A DNA stretch of 64,000 nucleotides from an uncultured Pseudomonadales bacterium (GCA_947503335.1 CANNCY010000001.1:946845-1010844), one strand, 5' to 3'. Shown: positions 48,485 through 58,615, counted from the first letter of the stretch. Notes: generated by a model from the sequence alone, not told the origin. Program-made: numbers and translations.

Positions 48485-50004
48485 CACTCTACCTTCGATC
48501 TTCTAAAGATCGGCACGATGTATCAATTGATGCGCAACAACGCGAGCTCTCAGAGTTCGTTACGCGTCAAGGTGACATCATCGTGCGAACCTACGAAGAC
48601 AAGGTAGAAAGCGCCAAGACTGACGATCGCCCTGGGTTTCAGTCGATGATCTCAGACGTGCAACGCCCTGATTGCGACTTTAAGCGCATCTACTGCTATG
48701 ACACTAGTCGCTTTAGTCGTCGCCAACATCATGCCCAGATGTACAAGCACTTGCTTAAAAAGAAAGGCGTAGAACTCTTATTCTTAAAGCTGCCGAAGAC
48801 TGATTCGATTCTTGACCCAGTGGTTGAGTCGCTCATGGAAATCTTCGATGAGTTTCACTCGCAAAAGTCTAAGATGGATGGCCTTCGTGGCATGCGCGAA
48901 AACGTAAAACAAGGCTGGCGAGCTGGCGGCCGCGCCGTATACGGCTATAAACTAGACAAACAAGTCGTAGGTACTCGCGAAGGCTTACCTGTGACCAAAA
49001 GCAAGCTTGTTCCCTGCCCCAAGTCGTTCGACAAGATGAAGGCATATCTAAAGGCACGCGCTACAGGCCGCAGTCGGGGCGAGTTGATACAAGACCTTAA
49101 TCTAGAAGTGAGCAACTCGGTACTAGGTTACGCAGAGCGTAATGTCGAAACCTATGCAGGCCATACCGTTTGGAACAAAACCAACGAAAAGCTCGATGGC
49201 GAGTACCTTGGCGGCAAAAAATATCGCGATCGTAGCGAATGGGTAATCCACCGAAATACCCATGAGGCTATGATTACAGACGATGAAGCTGCTCGCATAT
49301 CTGAAATCCAGAAGCGCCATCAGCGGTCTAGAGCACGCACCACAAAATCAGGCTATCTGTTGGCTAACGTGCTCAAGTGCACTTGCGGCGCCAATTACCA
49401 AGGCGATTCTGGCTACTACCGATGCGGCAAACGCTGTGGCGCAAAGGGCATCAAGAAAGAAACCATTGAGCAGGTGGTAATAGACTACGTGATCAAAGAC
49501 TTTTTGAAGCCCCAAGACTTTGTGCAACTTAAGAAATCGATTAAGAAGCTAATTGCTGAACGCAGTAACAATCAGCAAAGTAAGTCTGCACGCCTTCAAG
49601 AGGCCATCAAAGAAATCGACGGCGAGATCAACGATCTCGTTAAGCTAGTCGCGCAAATGAAACAGCCTCGCCCTATTCTAGAGCGAATAGATAGTCTTGA
49701 AACTGATCGATCTGCGGTGCAAAAAGAGCTCGACGCTCTACCTACAGAGGTGAACCCCGAGTTTATTGAACTAAGCGACAGAAAGGTTCGCGAGTTTATT
49801 ACTAGATATATCGATGATTTCACCCAAGGTGACTACCTCAAAAAGAAATCGCTCGTGCGCTCTTTGATCGAGGTAGCCTTGTTCGATGGCCATGAAGTAA
49901 CCATAACGCCCACGCATCGAGCTGTTACTGGCTATACGGGTACAGAGAATGAGACTAGCCCAGATACCGCGATTATAGGTGTCCGTAAAACACCTAAGAA
50001 CTAA
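48469..50004 (+). CDS. Large serine recombinase
   Basis: 511 aa. ALYLRSS catalytic Ser region, DTSRFSRR, a recombinase domain, zinc ribbon CTCGANYQGDSGYYRCGKRC, and a coiled-coil. Confidence 0.9.
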   Translation: MVERVALYLRSSKDRHDVSIDAQQRELSEFVTRQGDIIVRTYEDKVESAKTDDRPGFQSMISDVQRPDCDFKRIYCYDTSRFSRRQHHAQMYKHLLKKKGVELLFLKLPKTDSILDPVVESLMEIFDEFHSQKSKMDGLRGMRENVKQGWRAGGRAVYGYKLDKQVVGTREGLPVTKSKLVPCPKSFDKMKAYLKARATGRSRGELIQDLNLEVSNSVLGYAERNVETYAGHTVWNKTNEKLDGEYLGGKKYRDRSEWVIHRNTHEAMITDDEAARISEIQKRHQRSRARTTKSGYLLANVLKCTCGANYQGDSGYYRCGKRCGAKGIKKETIEQVVIDYVIKDFLKPQDFVQLKKSIKKLIAERSNNQQSKSARLQEAIKEIDGEINDLVKLVAQMKQPRPILERIDSLETDRSAVQKELDALPTEVNPEFIELSDRKVREFITRYIDDFTQGDYLKKKSLVRSLIEVALFDGHEVTITPTHRAVTGYTGTENETSPDTAIIGVRKTPKN

Positions 50005-50022
50005 TAATACTAATTATTAGTT
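49999..50022. repeat. Dyad ACTAATAAT-ACTA-ATTATTAGT overlapping the recombinase stop
   Basis: Perfect 9-10-bp arms. Related sites lie at 47941-47959 and 50144-50167. Confidence 0.5.
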
Positions 50023-50199
50023 CAACAACAATACTATCCCCATCTACTTAAAAACGCTGAACTATTGGTTATAAAGAGCTAAATCTAACAATTCTATAAC
50101 CACATAGTTGCGCTTCAGTCACTACTAGACTATATTGCAAATGAATTATTAGTCACTAATAATACTAAAACCTTTAACAACTACGAACAAGAGGCAAAG

Positions 50200-50706
50200 A
50201 TGGACAACGTCACAGACATAATCAACAAGCTGCGCGAATCAATCGAATCGGCTGCTTTTCTAGTAGCAACACCTGACAGCCAATCACAGGCACACACAAA
50301 ACTAGTACAGAGCCTAGTACTACTAGATCATCTAGAACAACACATACCTAACGCTAGCGAGCGGGTCCCGTCGTTTCAGGCTGAGCGAAATTCAGAGACA
50401 GTTGCCCTTGAACTACAGAAACTAGAGCGAAAACTACCACGCTGGCGCAAAAACACCCATCAGAAGAATAGTCAGATCCTTATTGAGTTTCTTAAACTGT
50501 CCAAGGATTGGCGCAAAGTAGCGTATGAAACGCTCAAAGCACACTGTCGTAACATTGATGGCTTCGAACGTAACTACAACCAAATGAAGAACTTTGGCGA
50601 CAAAAACCATGGCAAAGTCTTTGATGAACGAGATGGGTACGTCGAACTGTGGGAACCTGCTGTAGCCTTAGTGCTCGAACTGTTTGGCGACTATGAAGAA
50701 GCCTAA
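50200..50706 (+). CDS. Hypothetical protein
   Basis: 168-aa ORF with RBS aagagg. No motif recognised. Confidence 0.45.
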   Translation: MDNVTDIINKLRESIESAAFLVATPDSQSQAHTKLVQSLVLLDHLEQHIPNASERVPSFQAERNSETVALELQKLERKLPRWRKNTHQKNSQILIEFLKLSKDWRKVAYETLKAHCRNIDGFERNYNQMKNFGDKNHGKVFDERDGYVELWEPAVALVLELFGDYEEA

Positions 50707-50884
50707 TACCTACAAACATAAATTACGATTTACTTGATGGCCGAGTGTTGCTGTATAACTCAAGCGAATAGGACTATCACTCTCTTACATTGACTGGGTC
50801 TATTTTAAGGAATGAAGTGATTTCTGAGCATAATTATAACGGATAGTACGAAACTGCCCCACCGGGAATGATTTTATGCGCTGA

Positions 50885-52153
50885 TCAACAGACAAAGCCA
50901 TCGATAACATTTGTAGTCTCGATAGATTCTAACACTGAAGTGATGTTTACATCTTCTTGCTCGTGAGTATAGATTTTCAGGTTTTGATCGACTTCAAGCC
51001 ATTTACGTCTCAGTTGTGACAGTGGAGCCCCCTTAGGAAATCCGTCCAACTGATCAACGATCCACTCACATGTAAGTGCACCCTCTTTTGTTACTACTGA
51101 CCCGGAGAAACAGTACTTTTCTTCAAGGTCAAAACCGACAGGTACAATATTCGCACTAACCTCCCGAGCCAAATACGTCAGGATTCTAAACCCACCTTCA
51201 TCAAAATCACCCCAATGATAAATAGTACAGCTATCCTGATAGCGCGTAGCGCCCTGCTTGAGTAAACGAAGTACTTCACGAGAAGGAAATCCACCGGTGT
51301 ATACGATCTGTAACCTACGCTCGTTATCAAGCTCGCAAAGTTGATGAAAGGGCGTGAAATTCTCGACAAGCACGATGGGCCGCGCATCATCAAACATTAG
51401 GTTGCAGCCACGTGTGGGTAACCCAAGATAGATCGCTGGCCCATGCGCTCCAATTTCTCCATGTATGTTGTAGTCCACGCCCGCGCTGATCATAATTGGC
51501 TGCGGCTTTGCAAGTACACCCAGATGTAGCAGTAGCTCCTCGGGATTGAAGTCGCCCTCGACATGTACAAGCGAAGCAGCCGCCCAGGCGGTAAGCTCCA
51601 GATGTCGCTCAACCCACTTAGAATCCGATGTGCAGCGCGCACTCAATACACGCATTTCAATAGCTTCATTCAATGATGCGATTGCGATAGCCACCCTCAA
51701 TGCGTTGATAAGATCGTTGCACTGGCGTAGCGGCACTCCGCAGACGGATCTGCGTTTCTCGTAGGTCGATAGAATCTCCGACACTAACGAGCGCGGTAAC
51801 GCCAACTCGTCCAAGTGTTTCGTCACCGTCTCATAATATCGGCTTAGGGGGACGTTATCACCATGGTCATGATTGGTGGCTGCCAGACAGTAACTCACGA
51901 GCGCATGCCAGTTACTTGGCTCATAAGCGACGGCACTTAGCTCTAAATCGTGACTCATGCCAACACGCTTTCGTTCCACCGTCACCAAATCTTCTGCTTC
52001 GAGCCGTTCAATGAACGCATCAAAAGCTTGCGATTGCTCGCGTGATGACCAGTACTGCGCAAAAGACCGTTTATTGACTTTGATCAGCGTCTCCGCCGGG
52101 CAGCTTGGGGTATCAACCTTCTGCAAAAACTTAGTAATCAGCACGTTACGCAT
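50885..52153 (-). CDS. jetD: Wadjet JetD (Toprim-domain nuclease subunit)
   Basis: 422 aa. LVENFTPF and YHWGDFDEGGFRI Toprim motifs. Last gene of the jetABCD order. Confidence 0.85.
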   Translation of the reverse strand: MRNVLITKFLQKVDTPSCPAETLIKVNKRSFAQYWSSREQSQAFDAFIERLEAEDLVTVERKRVGMSHDLELSAVAYEPSNWHALVSYCLAATNHDHGDNVPLSRYYETVTKHLDELALPRSLVSEILSTYEKRRSVCGVPLRQCNDLINALRVAIAIASLNEAIEMRVLSARCTSDSKWVERHLELTAWAAASLVHVEGDFNPEELLLHLGVLAKPQPIMISAGVDYNIHGEIGAHGPAIYLGLPTRGCNLMFDDARPIVLVENFTPFHQLCELDNERRLQIVYTGGFPSREVLRLLKQGATRYQDSCTIYHWGDFDEGGFRILTYLAREVSANIVPVGFDLEEKYCFSGSVVTKEGALTCEWIVDQLDGFPKGAPLSQLRRKWLEVDQNLKIYTHEQEDVNITSVLESIETTNVIDGFVC

Positions 52154-55100
52154 TTACAGCTTCCCCCTCCTCAAGAAACGCATCAATCAGTTCGCTGTGA
52201 ATCAGCGGATTATCTGACTCTAACAAATCTCGCGTGCGATGGGTGGGCTCTTTGGATAAAACCTCGATGGTGTCACCGGAGCGAATAATTGAAACAATCT
52301 GGTCGCAATAGCCGCCAATCTTAGTTTCAGAATCAGAGGGCGCAGCGATGAGGCACTGCAAGCCGATGCTTGCAAAAAACGCTAAGCTTGCTGAACTGTT
52401 CGCGGCGTCGACACCTTCAAACGCCTCGTCAAAAAGTGAAATACCGATACCACCCCTAGGTTCGCCCGTAGCACTTGTGCGTATTTTATAGGTATTCATC
52501 AGTGCAGCACCAAGCACCACATACAACGGTGTTTGACGCTCACCCACACTCGCTACGCCCCGTGTACGTGACACGCTCATTTTGGTTTCGCGCTCCAAGT
52601 TACGATAGCGCAGGTCATAGGTGTAGTACTGTCTGTAGTCACCTAGATGCGCTAACGATTCATCCTCAATCACCGCCTGAATAATGGCGAGCGCTTCGTC
52701 ATCTTCTTTGGTTGTGTCATCGAACATGCCGCCATAATCATGCTCGCCCACGTTTGACGCACGCTCTACATAGTCAAGTAATTGCTTGGTTTGAACGTCC
52801 TCTTTGCGCGCATGGTGAAAGCTGTAGGTATTACCGTTGAAGACCAACTTGTTCAACTGCGCGTTGAGTGCGCTTAAATGGGTACGCAAGTCGGCAAAGT
52901 TTTCAGACAACTGCTGCACGACTTTGGTCTTAAAATGCGTCAACATTGAGTTCGCTGCTTCTCGGGCCTGAGTCGAAAACCGCGCCAAATCCGTTTCCAC
53001 AAGCTTCGTATGAATGCTCACCATCTCAGTGTTCAGCTCTGTTAATGGGCCTGATTGCAGGTTGCTGTTCAGCGTGTAGTCATAGGTCTTTGAGAAGTAC
53101 GACACCGACTCAATAATCCCACTCCTTATCTTTTCGAACTTTTCTTGACGCTCATGCATGCGTCGCTCGATCGTAGTCAGGTCAGTTTCACCGGGATCAA
53201 CCTTTTCATGGGTAAGTAGCGCTTCATATTCCGCAGCATCGTACGCATCATTCGCTTCGAGCGCGCTGCGCTCCGTAATTGCGCTTTCTAGCTGAACCTG
53301 ACTGCGCTCAAGATTTTCACTGGCATTCTTTAGCTCGTTGCGCATGCGTGCCAGATCACCGACACCGTTTTCTTTTTCAGCTTCAAGTGAGTCGAGCGCC
53401 TGGGTGATTTTCTGGTATCTATCCTCTTGCGCCTCACTTGAGCCTTCCAACACAGAGCGCTTTTCACTCGTTGCATCAATCGCAGTATCCAGTTCAGCAA
53501 GCGTTGCTTCAATCGCGCTGATGTCGATCAGTCCGAGCTGTGTAATGGCCACCTGAAGATGATGTATCTGCTCGGTAACTTTCTCAGTGTCGCGTTCCAA
53601 TTCTCGAAGCTCAGCTTTAACTAGTTTGAGCTGATCGGCCAATGCTTCAGCGCGCTTTTTACGGGCTTCAAGACCGACAATCTCAACCGAAGGCTTGCTT
53701 GCGATCACGCGTTCATAGATGCAATGCAGGCTCGGAGTTTCCGCGTCTTCGCGTGTCGCTGCGACCACGCCGGCGATTACGCCATTATATTCATCAAAAC
53801 CCGACTTCATGTAGGGTGTTTCTGTTGCGCCGTCACCCGATGAAGGCAACAGTAGCCGCACGCCAAGGAGGTTTTTCTCGGCAAGCAAAGATTGTGCAGC
53901 CACCACTTGCCCACTCGGAACAACCACGACATCGCGCAAGTCGTAAAGCGCTGTTTCAAGCTGTGTTGTTGAGTGAAGGTCATCATTTAGGGCATCGGGC
54001 AGCGGCATGGCTCGAATACCCTGTTGTTCGCAGATCGCGATAAAGTTCTGCACCTCTTTAGAGCGCTCGATACGCCCAGCCGATAACGCCTGATGGGATT
54101 GGGTGAGCTGACCAGCCTCTGTCCGAAGTTTTGTCTGTTTTTCTAGAAGCCCATGTTGTGTCGCATGAGATTCACTCAGGCAAGTGGTGAGCGCATCAAT
54201 AAGTTGCTCAAGACCCGCAGACGATGGCGATTGCGCCAATGATGCTCGATAAGGATTCACAACCGAAAATAGTCGCTCTGTGTCACCTGTCTCTAACAAG
54301 GCATCTAATACCGTCACTGGCCTAATCAGCTGTTGTTTCGCTTGATCCTTATCGCTGTGAAGGCGTCTTAATTCGTTATCAAGTCGCTGCAGTTCGTTTG
54401 CAGCATTTCCGGCGCCGGCGCGAATAAGACTCGCTTGCTCTTCGCGAGCCTCTGATATACGCACCTTGTAATCGGCGTCCGCCTGTTCTGCTTCATCGAT
54501 GCTTTCATCTAGGCGCTCTATCTTGGCTTCAATGCCTTCAATCTTTAGCTCGCCTTGGGTAACAATGCCCTCATACTTAGCCCACTTAAGCGCCTCGATG
54601 ATGCGCGTCTGCTTGAGGGCTTTTTTGAGTTTAGTGAGAATGGCTGCCACATCATCCGATTTTTCTTTTGTGTGCGCGATGCGCTGCTCAATGTCTTTGA
54701 AAAGTTGATGATCGTTTCGCAAGGTCTTGAGATCAATGTTACGCTCAGGGAGTACGTAGCTATGAATGAAGTCGTAAAGATTTTGCTCATGCTTAAACGA
54801 CAGCGTACGCTTTAGAAGCCTCAGAATAGCCAAGGGATCAAATTTATCGCGCCTGCCTTTACCTGAGAGCTGCTCAGCAAATACATCACGATACTCGCTC
54901 GCCATAGCAAAGACATCAACTGGAATGGTCGCTTCATCTTTAAACAGCTTCCATGTTTTGGCTTGGTTTTCTTTGACTAGAAAGTCCGAGGCCTGCAACC
55001 CTGCGTGCGCAATAAAAGGAGCGCGTTTGGTGTCGCTAGAGCCAGCCTTTGCGTGCACGTAAACACCCGTAGTGATCATAGCGCCGCTTGGCTTTTCCCA

Positions 55101-55403
55101 CACAAGTGCAATCCATGTGTTGCTCTCCGTGCGATCAAAGAGCATGCGGTCATCATTACCTGCCTTTACCCCGAGCGCATACGCCTCCAATGTACGCGAC
55201 TCGCTCTTGCTGGCATCGCTCTGCGCGTTGTAAGACAGCTTGGTTTTGTCTGCGCCTGCAAGTACGGTCTGGATTGCATCAAGCAACGAACTTTTGCCCG
55301 AGCCGTTTGCTCCCTTCAAGAGCACAACGTCACCCTTGATCGCGAGGTCGATGTTGTCAAATAGGTACCAGTTGACCAGTACAATACGCCGAAGTTTAAT
55401 CAT
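52146..55403 (-). CDS. jetC: Wadjet JetC (SMC-like ATPase)
   Basis: 1085 aa. Walker A GANGSGKSS, a long coiled-coil middle, signature-like SVGERQ, and Walker B LFDEAFEGVD. Confidence 0.9.
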   Translation of the reverse strand: MIKLRRIVLVNWYLFDNIDLAIKGDVVLLKGANGSGKSSLLDAIQTVLAGADKTKLSYNAQSDASKSESRTLEAYALGVKAGNDDRMLFDRTESNTWIALVWEKPSGAMITTGVYVHAKAGSSDTKRAPFIAHAGLQASDFLVKENQAKTWKLFKDEATIPVDVFAMASEYRDVFAEQLSGKGRRDKFDPLAILRLLKRTLSFKHEQNLYDFIHSYVLPERNIDLKTLRNDHQLFKDIEQRIAHTKEKSDDVAAILTKLKKALKQTRIIEALKWAKYEGIVTQGELKIEGIEAKIERLDESIDEAEQADADYKVRISEAREEQASLIRAGAGNAANELQRLDNELRRLHSDKDQAKQQLIRPVTVLDALLETGDTERLFSVVNPYRASLAQSPSSAGLEQLIDALTTCLSESHATQHGLLEKQTKLRTEAGQLTQSHQALSAGRIERSKEVQNFIAICEQQGIRAMPLPDALNDDLHSTTQLETALYDLRDVVVVPSGQVVAAQSLLAEKNLLGVRLLLPSSGDGATETPYMKSGFDEYNGVIAGVVAATREDAETPSLHCIYERVIASKPSVEIVGLEARKKRAEALADQLKLVKAELRELERDTEKVTEQIHHLQVAITQLGLIDISAIEATLAELDTAIDATSEKRSVLEGSSEAQEDRYQKITQALDSLEAEKENGVGDLARMRNELKNASENLERSQVQLESAITERSALEANDAYDAAEYEALLTHEKVDPGETDLTTIERRMHERQEKFEKIRSGIIESVSYFSKTYDYTLNSNLQSGPLTELNTEMVSIHTKLVETDLARFSTQAREAANSMLTHFKTKVVQQLSENFADLRTHLSALNAQLNKLVFNGNTYSFHHARKEDVQTKQLLDYVERASNVGEHDYGGMFDDTTKEDDEALAIIQAVIEDESLAHLGDYRQYYTYDLRYRNLERETKMSVSRTRGVASVGERQTPLYVVLGAALMNTYKIRTSATGEPRGGIGISLFDEAFEGVDAANSSASLAFFASIGLQCLIAAPSDSETKIGGYCDQIVSIIRSGDTIEVLSKEPTHRTRDLLESDNPLIHSELIDAFLEEGEAVNA

Positions 55404-56055
55404 GGGCCGCCTCCTTGCTGTCTATCACCGTAGTGGCTTCTACTGGATCATGTGTATGGGTTTCGCTTGCCGCAAACTTTGCAAGGTGCAACATGTAGGC
55501 ATCATCAATCACATACTCAATCGAGGGCAGTACGCTAATGAAGTGCATCTTAGATTGCTCGCACACTTCTTTGGATAAGCGAATAAGCCCAATGTCCGCC
55601 AATTGCTCAAGCGCGTCATTCATTTCGCGCTTCGATGGCAACTCGGTTTTCGTCAATTGAGAATAGGTGTCGCATACAAGACCTGGGGGCGGCTCAGATA
55701 TGCCGGCATCAGTGCAACCCTTGAGTGACTCTGAATGATGCAGCTGACGAAGAATAAGTGCGAGAATGCTTGTAAGCTTTGGCAGCGTTCGCGCCTTAAA
55801 GCGTTTAGGCATGATACCGACCAAACCAAAATGCTCATCCACAACAAGCTGGTACCCCATCAAGTGATAGAGCACGGTAAGTTCTTGCTGAAATTGCACC
55901 GCAAGGTTAAACAGCTGTCGTTTACCTGCATCGGCCCGGAGAAACCATTGACGACGAATCAGCTCAATATTTAGATTCTGCAAGTCATCAATGTCTTGGT
56001 TGTTTGCTTCTAGCGCGCTAGAAAATGCTTGCTCAATGGCTCTAAGCGGTGTCAT
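55396..56055 (-). CDS. jetB: Wadjet JetB (MksE-like)
   Basis: 219 aa. Called from size and position between jetA and jetC, with overlapping stops and starts. Confidence 0.75.
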   Translation of the reverse strand: MTPLRAIEQAFSSALEANNQDIDDLQNLNIELIRRQWFLRADAGKRQLFNLAVQFQQELTVLYHLMGYQLVVDEHFGLVGIMPKRFKARTLPKLTSILALILRQLHHSESLKGCTDAGISEPPPGLVCDTYSQLTKTELPSKREMNDALEQLADIGLIRLSKEVCEQSKMHFISVLPSIEYVIDDAYMLHLAKFAASETHTHDPVEATTVIDSKEAAHD

Positions 56056-57391
56056 ACAGTGCCTCGTTCAGTTCAAAGCGTAATGTAGGGCAGGTCAAAT
56101 AGTCGTTACGTGTCTCACCACCCGTCAGTTCGACGCGGAAATATTTCAATACGGGTGCAAGTGGGTGCGTGCTGCTCGCATGGTAGAGGTCGAGTAACTG
56201 AGAGAACGCGACATAGTCCTCAATGGTATCGATCGCTATGCCATTGGTATCACGTATGCCTTGCTTGTACCATTGCAGCAGCGTCTCCAATAATCGCGCT
56301 GGGTCATTCGCCCGCGTCTCTAAATACTTTGACATAAGCTTGTCCATCGCGATGGCGCGTGGATCGGCGGGTGCTCGCTCAACACGGGTGACGCTCGCCG
56401 GCGGCTTAGCGGTGCGCGGCTCGTAAAGCGCATTGACGGCGATATGGCGCGCAGGCGCCCAAGTCGTCGTGTCGGTTTGCGGCATATCAGCGATCAGCTC
56501 CAACGCGTCAACGACAGCATCTTCCGTTGCGCTGGTATTACGTGAGGCATAGTGGATAATTTCATTGATGCGACTGGTGATGGTTTGCGTCCAATCTTCA
56601 AATGCCTGTATGAGTGGCTTAATAAGTCGAATGTCGTGTTCGATACGTTTAATAAGCGCCTTAACCTCACACGCCTCTTTAAATGCAGCATCTGCCTGAA
56701 TGTCGATAGTCCAGGTGAGATCCAATATTTGGCGAATCCGCCCATACGGGTAACCCTTCCCCGATGAGGCTTGTTTGAAGTTTGGGAAAAGATCTTGAAT
56801 ATAACGCTCAAAAAACAATTCAACCTGTTCGGGAGCCGACGCAATATCGTTCACTTGTTGCGCAAGCTCCTGTGACGCTGCCACAAGGTTACCTAATCGA
56901 CGCACGTAGCTCTTTGCACGCACCGACGCCTCGTTTAAGGCATTGGCTCGGGTTTCGACAGGCCGTTCCGCGTCGTTAGCTCGGTCTAGCCAGACGATGA
57001 CCGCTTCGCACTCGGCCTCAGAATCAACCTCACCTACTTCCATGGTCGCAAGTGTCGTGTACAGTGATCCAGCTGCTAGCGGCATAAACACAGTCTTGCG
57101 ATAGCCCTTAGCATTCGCCTCTTTGAGCCAGCCGACCTCTTTTAATCTGTCATAGACCTTGGCTGCCTCTTCGGATAGGTCGTCGTCACTCATTCCTTCC
57201 TCGACCATCAAAAACTGCTTGATGGTCAGTTTGATGTCGGACGGCTCAGGCTGCGTGAATCCATCACTCATGTCCCCCTGCACGAGTTCAGCATGCAGAT
57301 GATCGAGCACAGAGATATACAGATCCCGCTTCATCGAGCACAGTGGGCGCAAAAGGTCTGTAGGACAGTTGCGCAAAGAAAGCTTATCCAT
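56042..57391 (-). CDS. jetA: Wadjet JetA (kleisin-like, MksF-like)
   Basis: 449 aa. First gene of the four-gene operon. Called from size and order. Confidence 0.75.
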   Translation of the reverse strand: MDKLSLRNCPTDLLRPLCSMKRDLYISVLDHLHAELVQGDMSDGFTQPEPSDIKLTIKQFLMVEEGMSDDDLSEEAAKVYDRLKEVGWLKEANAKGYRKTVFMPLAAGSLYTTLATMEVGEVDSEAECEAVIVWLDRANDAERPVETRANALNEASVRAKSYVRRLGNLVAASQELAQQVNDIASAPEQVELFFERYIQDLFPNFKQASSGKGYPYGRIRQILDLTWTIDIQADAAFKEACEVKALIKRIEHDIRLIKPLIQAFEDWTQTITSRINEIIHYASRNTSATEDAVVDALELIADMPQTDTTTWAPARHIAVNALYEPRTAKPPASVTRVERAPADPRAIAMDKLMSKYLETRANDPARLLETLLQWYKQGIRDTNGIAIDTIEDYVAFSQLLDLYHASSTHPLAPVLKYFRVELTGGETRNDYLTCPTLRFELNEALYDTA

Positions 57392-57434
57392 AAGTTAAAT
57401 ACAGCAAGTCGTCAAAGGTGACTATTATTAAGTT

Positions 57435-57449
57435 ATCTTTGCAAAAGAT
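57435..57449. promoter_or_regulatory. Candidate operator ATCTTT-GCA-AAAGAT in the jetA / WYL divergent intergenic region
   Basis: Perfect 15-bp palindrome, 44 nt from the jetA start. Confidence 0.35.
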
Positions 57450-57552
57450 CAAGCACTGCTGTTATTATGCAGCTGATAGTTGGCTTGCCCTGTTAGCGCA
57501 CTTCGCTTGGGCACCCATTGACCAAAGACTGAGCACAAAATACATAGATACC

Positions 57553-58356
57553 ATGGCTAAGCACGCATTTAACTTACAAGGTTGGATTGCCAAGACAGTG
57601 TTTTGGCAGCGCAGAATCAATGCAAAAGGCATCTCTGCAGACCTCGGTATCTCGCTTGCTCCGGCAACGCGTGAGCTTAAACGCTTTGTTACAGAATTTA
57701 ACGACGGGCTTGAGGAACACGCCAAAGGCCATTGGTATGTATACCCTCGGCCAGACTTTGACCCGTCACCACTGTACGACCCATTAAACGACCTCTGCTC
57801 GCCAGCAATGGTTACCTTCGAGCGCTCATTTCAGTCGCCTGTAGGTGAGCCAACTATTATCGCGCGCCCATCAATCCCCGTCTTAAGTCGTATGATTCAT
57901 GCGATTGTCAATGCACAGGACCTGTTGATCACGTACCAAAGCCTAGGCAAGGCGGCATCGCATCGAAGAGTAACCCCTAAAAGCGTCACAGGGTCACTGG
58001 GTCGCGTGTACTTGAGCGCATACTGCCATACAAGAAAGGATTGGCGCGCATTCAACCTTGATCGTATTTCGGCGATTGAAATAAAGCAGGCGACCAGCCA
58101 AAGCCTGCCACCCGAGCCAAAGGTAACGCTGTCGATTCAGGCGAACCCTCATCTTGGCGGTGAAGAGCAAAGTCTGCTTGAACACACACTCACTCAATCG
58201 CGCTATGTCATGGATACAACAAAGGCATTCATGTTTAATACGGGCAACGGCATCAACCCGACTATAGCTACACGCTCAATCGAATCCCAGTTTCCTAGTT
58301 TATACCCATACGTAGTTCACGACATGTGCGAGTCCGCTGACAATAGAAAGACTTAA
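57553..58356 (+). CDS. WYL-domain transcriptional regulator (BrxR/CapW-like architecture)
   Basis: N-terminal HTH ISADLGISLAPATRELKRFV and WYL-like core RVYLSAYCHTRKDWRAFNLDRISAIE. Start chosen at MAKHAF (57553); the ORF track starts at 57418. Confidence 0.7.
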   Translation: MAKHAFNLQGWIAKTVFWQRRINAKGISADLGISLAPATRELKRFVTEFNDGLEEHAKGHWYVYPRPDFDPSPLYDPLNDLCSPAMVTFERSFQSPVGEPTIIARPSIPVLSRMIHAIVNAQDLLITYQSLGKAASHRRVTPKSVTGSLGRVYLSAYCHTRKDWRAFNLDRISAIEIKQATSQSLPPEPKVTLSIQANPHLGGEEQSLLEHTLTQSRYVMDTTKAFMFNTGNGINPTIATRSIESQFPSLYPYVVHDMCESADNRKT

Positions 58357-58615
58357 ATGCTCGAGATCAAACCCACGTTATGCGCAACACAGAAACCACC
58401 AGCCTCACTAGGCGGTAAAACAACATAAGAAAACAACGATTCCCGTATTTATGTAACAGTAGCATTGCAAGAACTGGAGCAAAGGAAACCGCTTTAAATG
58501 TAACATCATGTAGTGGATGTACTAAGCCAGCCTTCGACCGTAGCGGACCTTTATGATTAATATGCAGAGTCAGGCGCCCAAGTAGCCTTGATTTCCCATT
58601 TCAAGCCCACATTGA

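Noticed and set aside
52475-55578. Plus-strand ORFs inside jetC and jetB (52475..52684, 53338..53556, 53642..54043, 54499..54708, 54555..54815, 55005..55364, 55088..55339, 55240..55578).
   Set aside because: They are shadow ORFs antisense to a long, motif-supported SMC-like gene in GC-richer DNA. They are Arg/Ser/Cys/His-rich and low-complexity, with no RBS.
57418-57552. N-terminal extension of the WYL regulator from the non-ATG start at 57418.
   Set aside because: The extension would cover the whole divergent promoter region and the palindrome. The ATG at 57553 gives a protein that starts just before its HTH.
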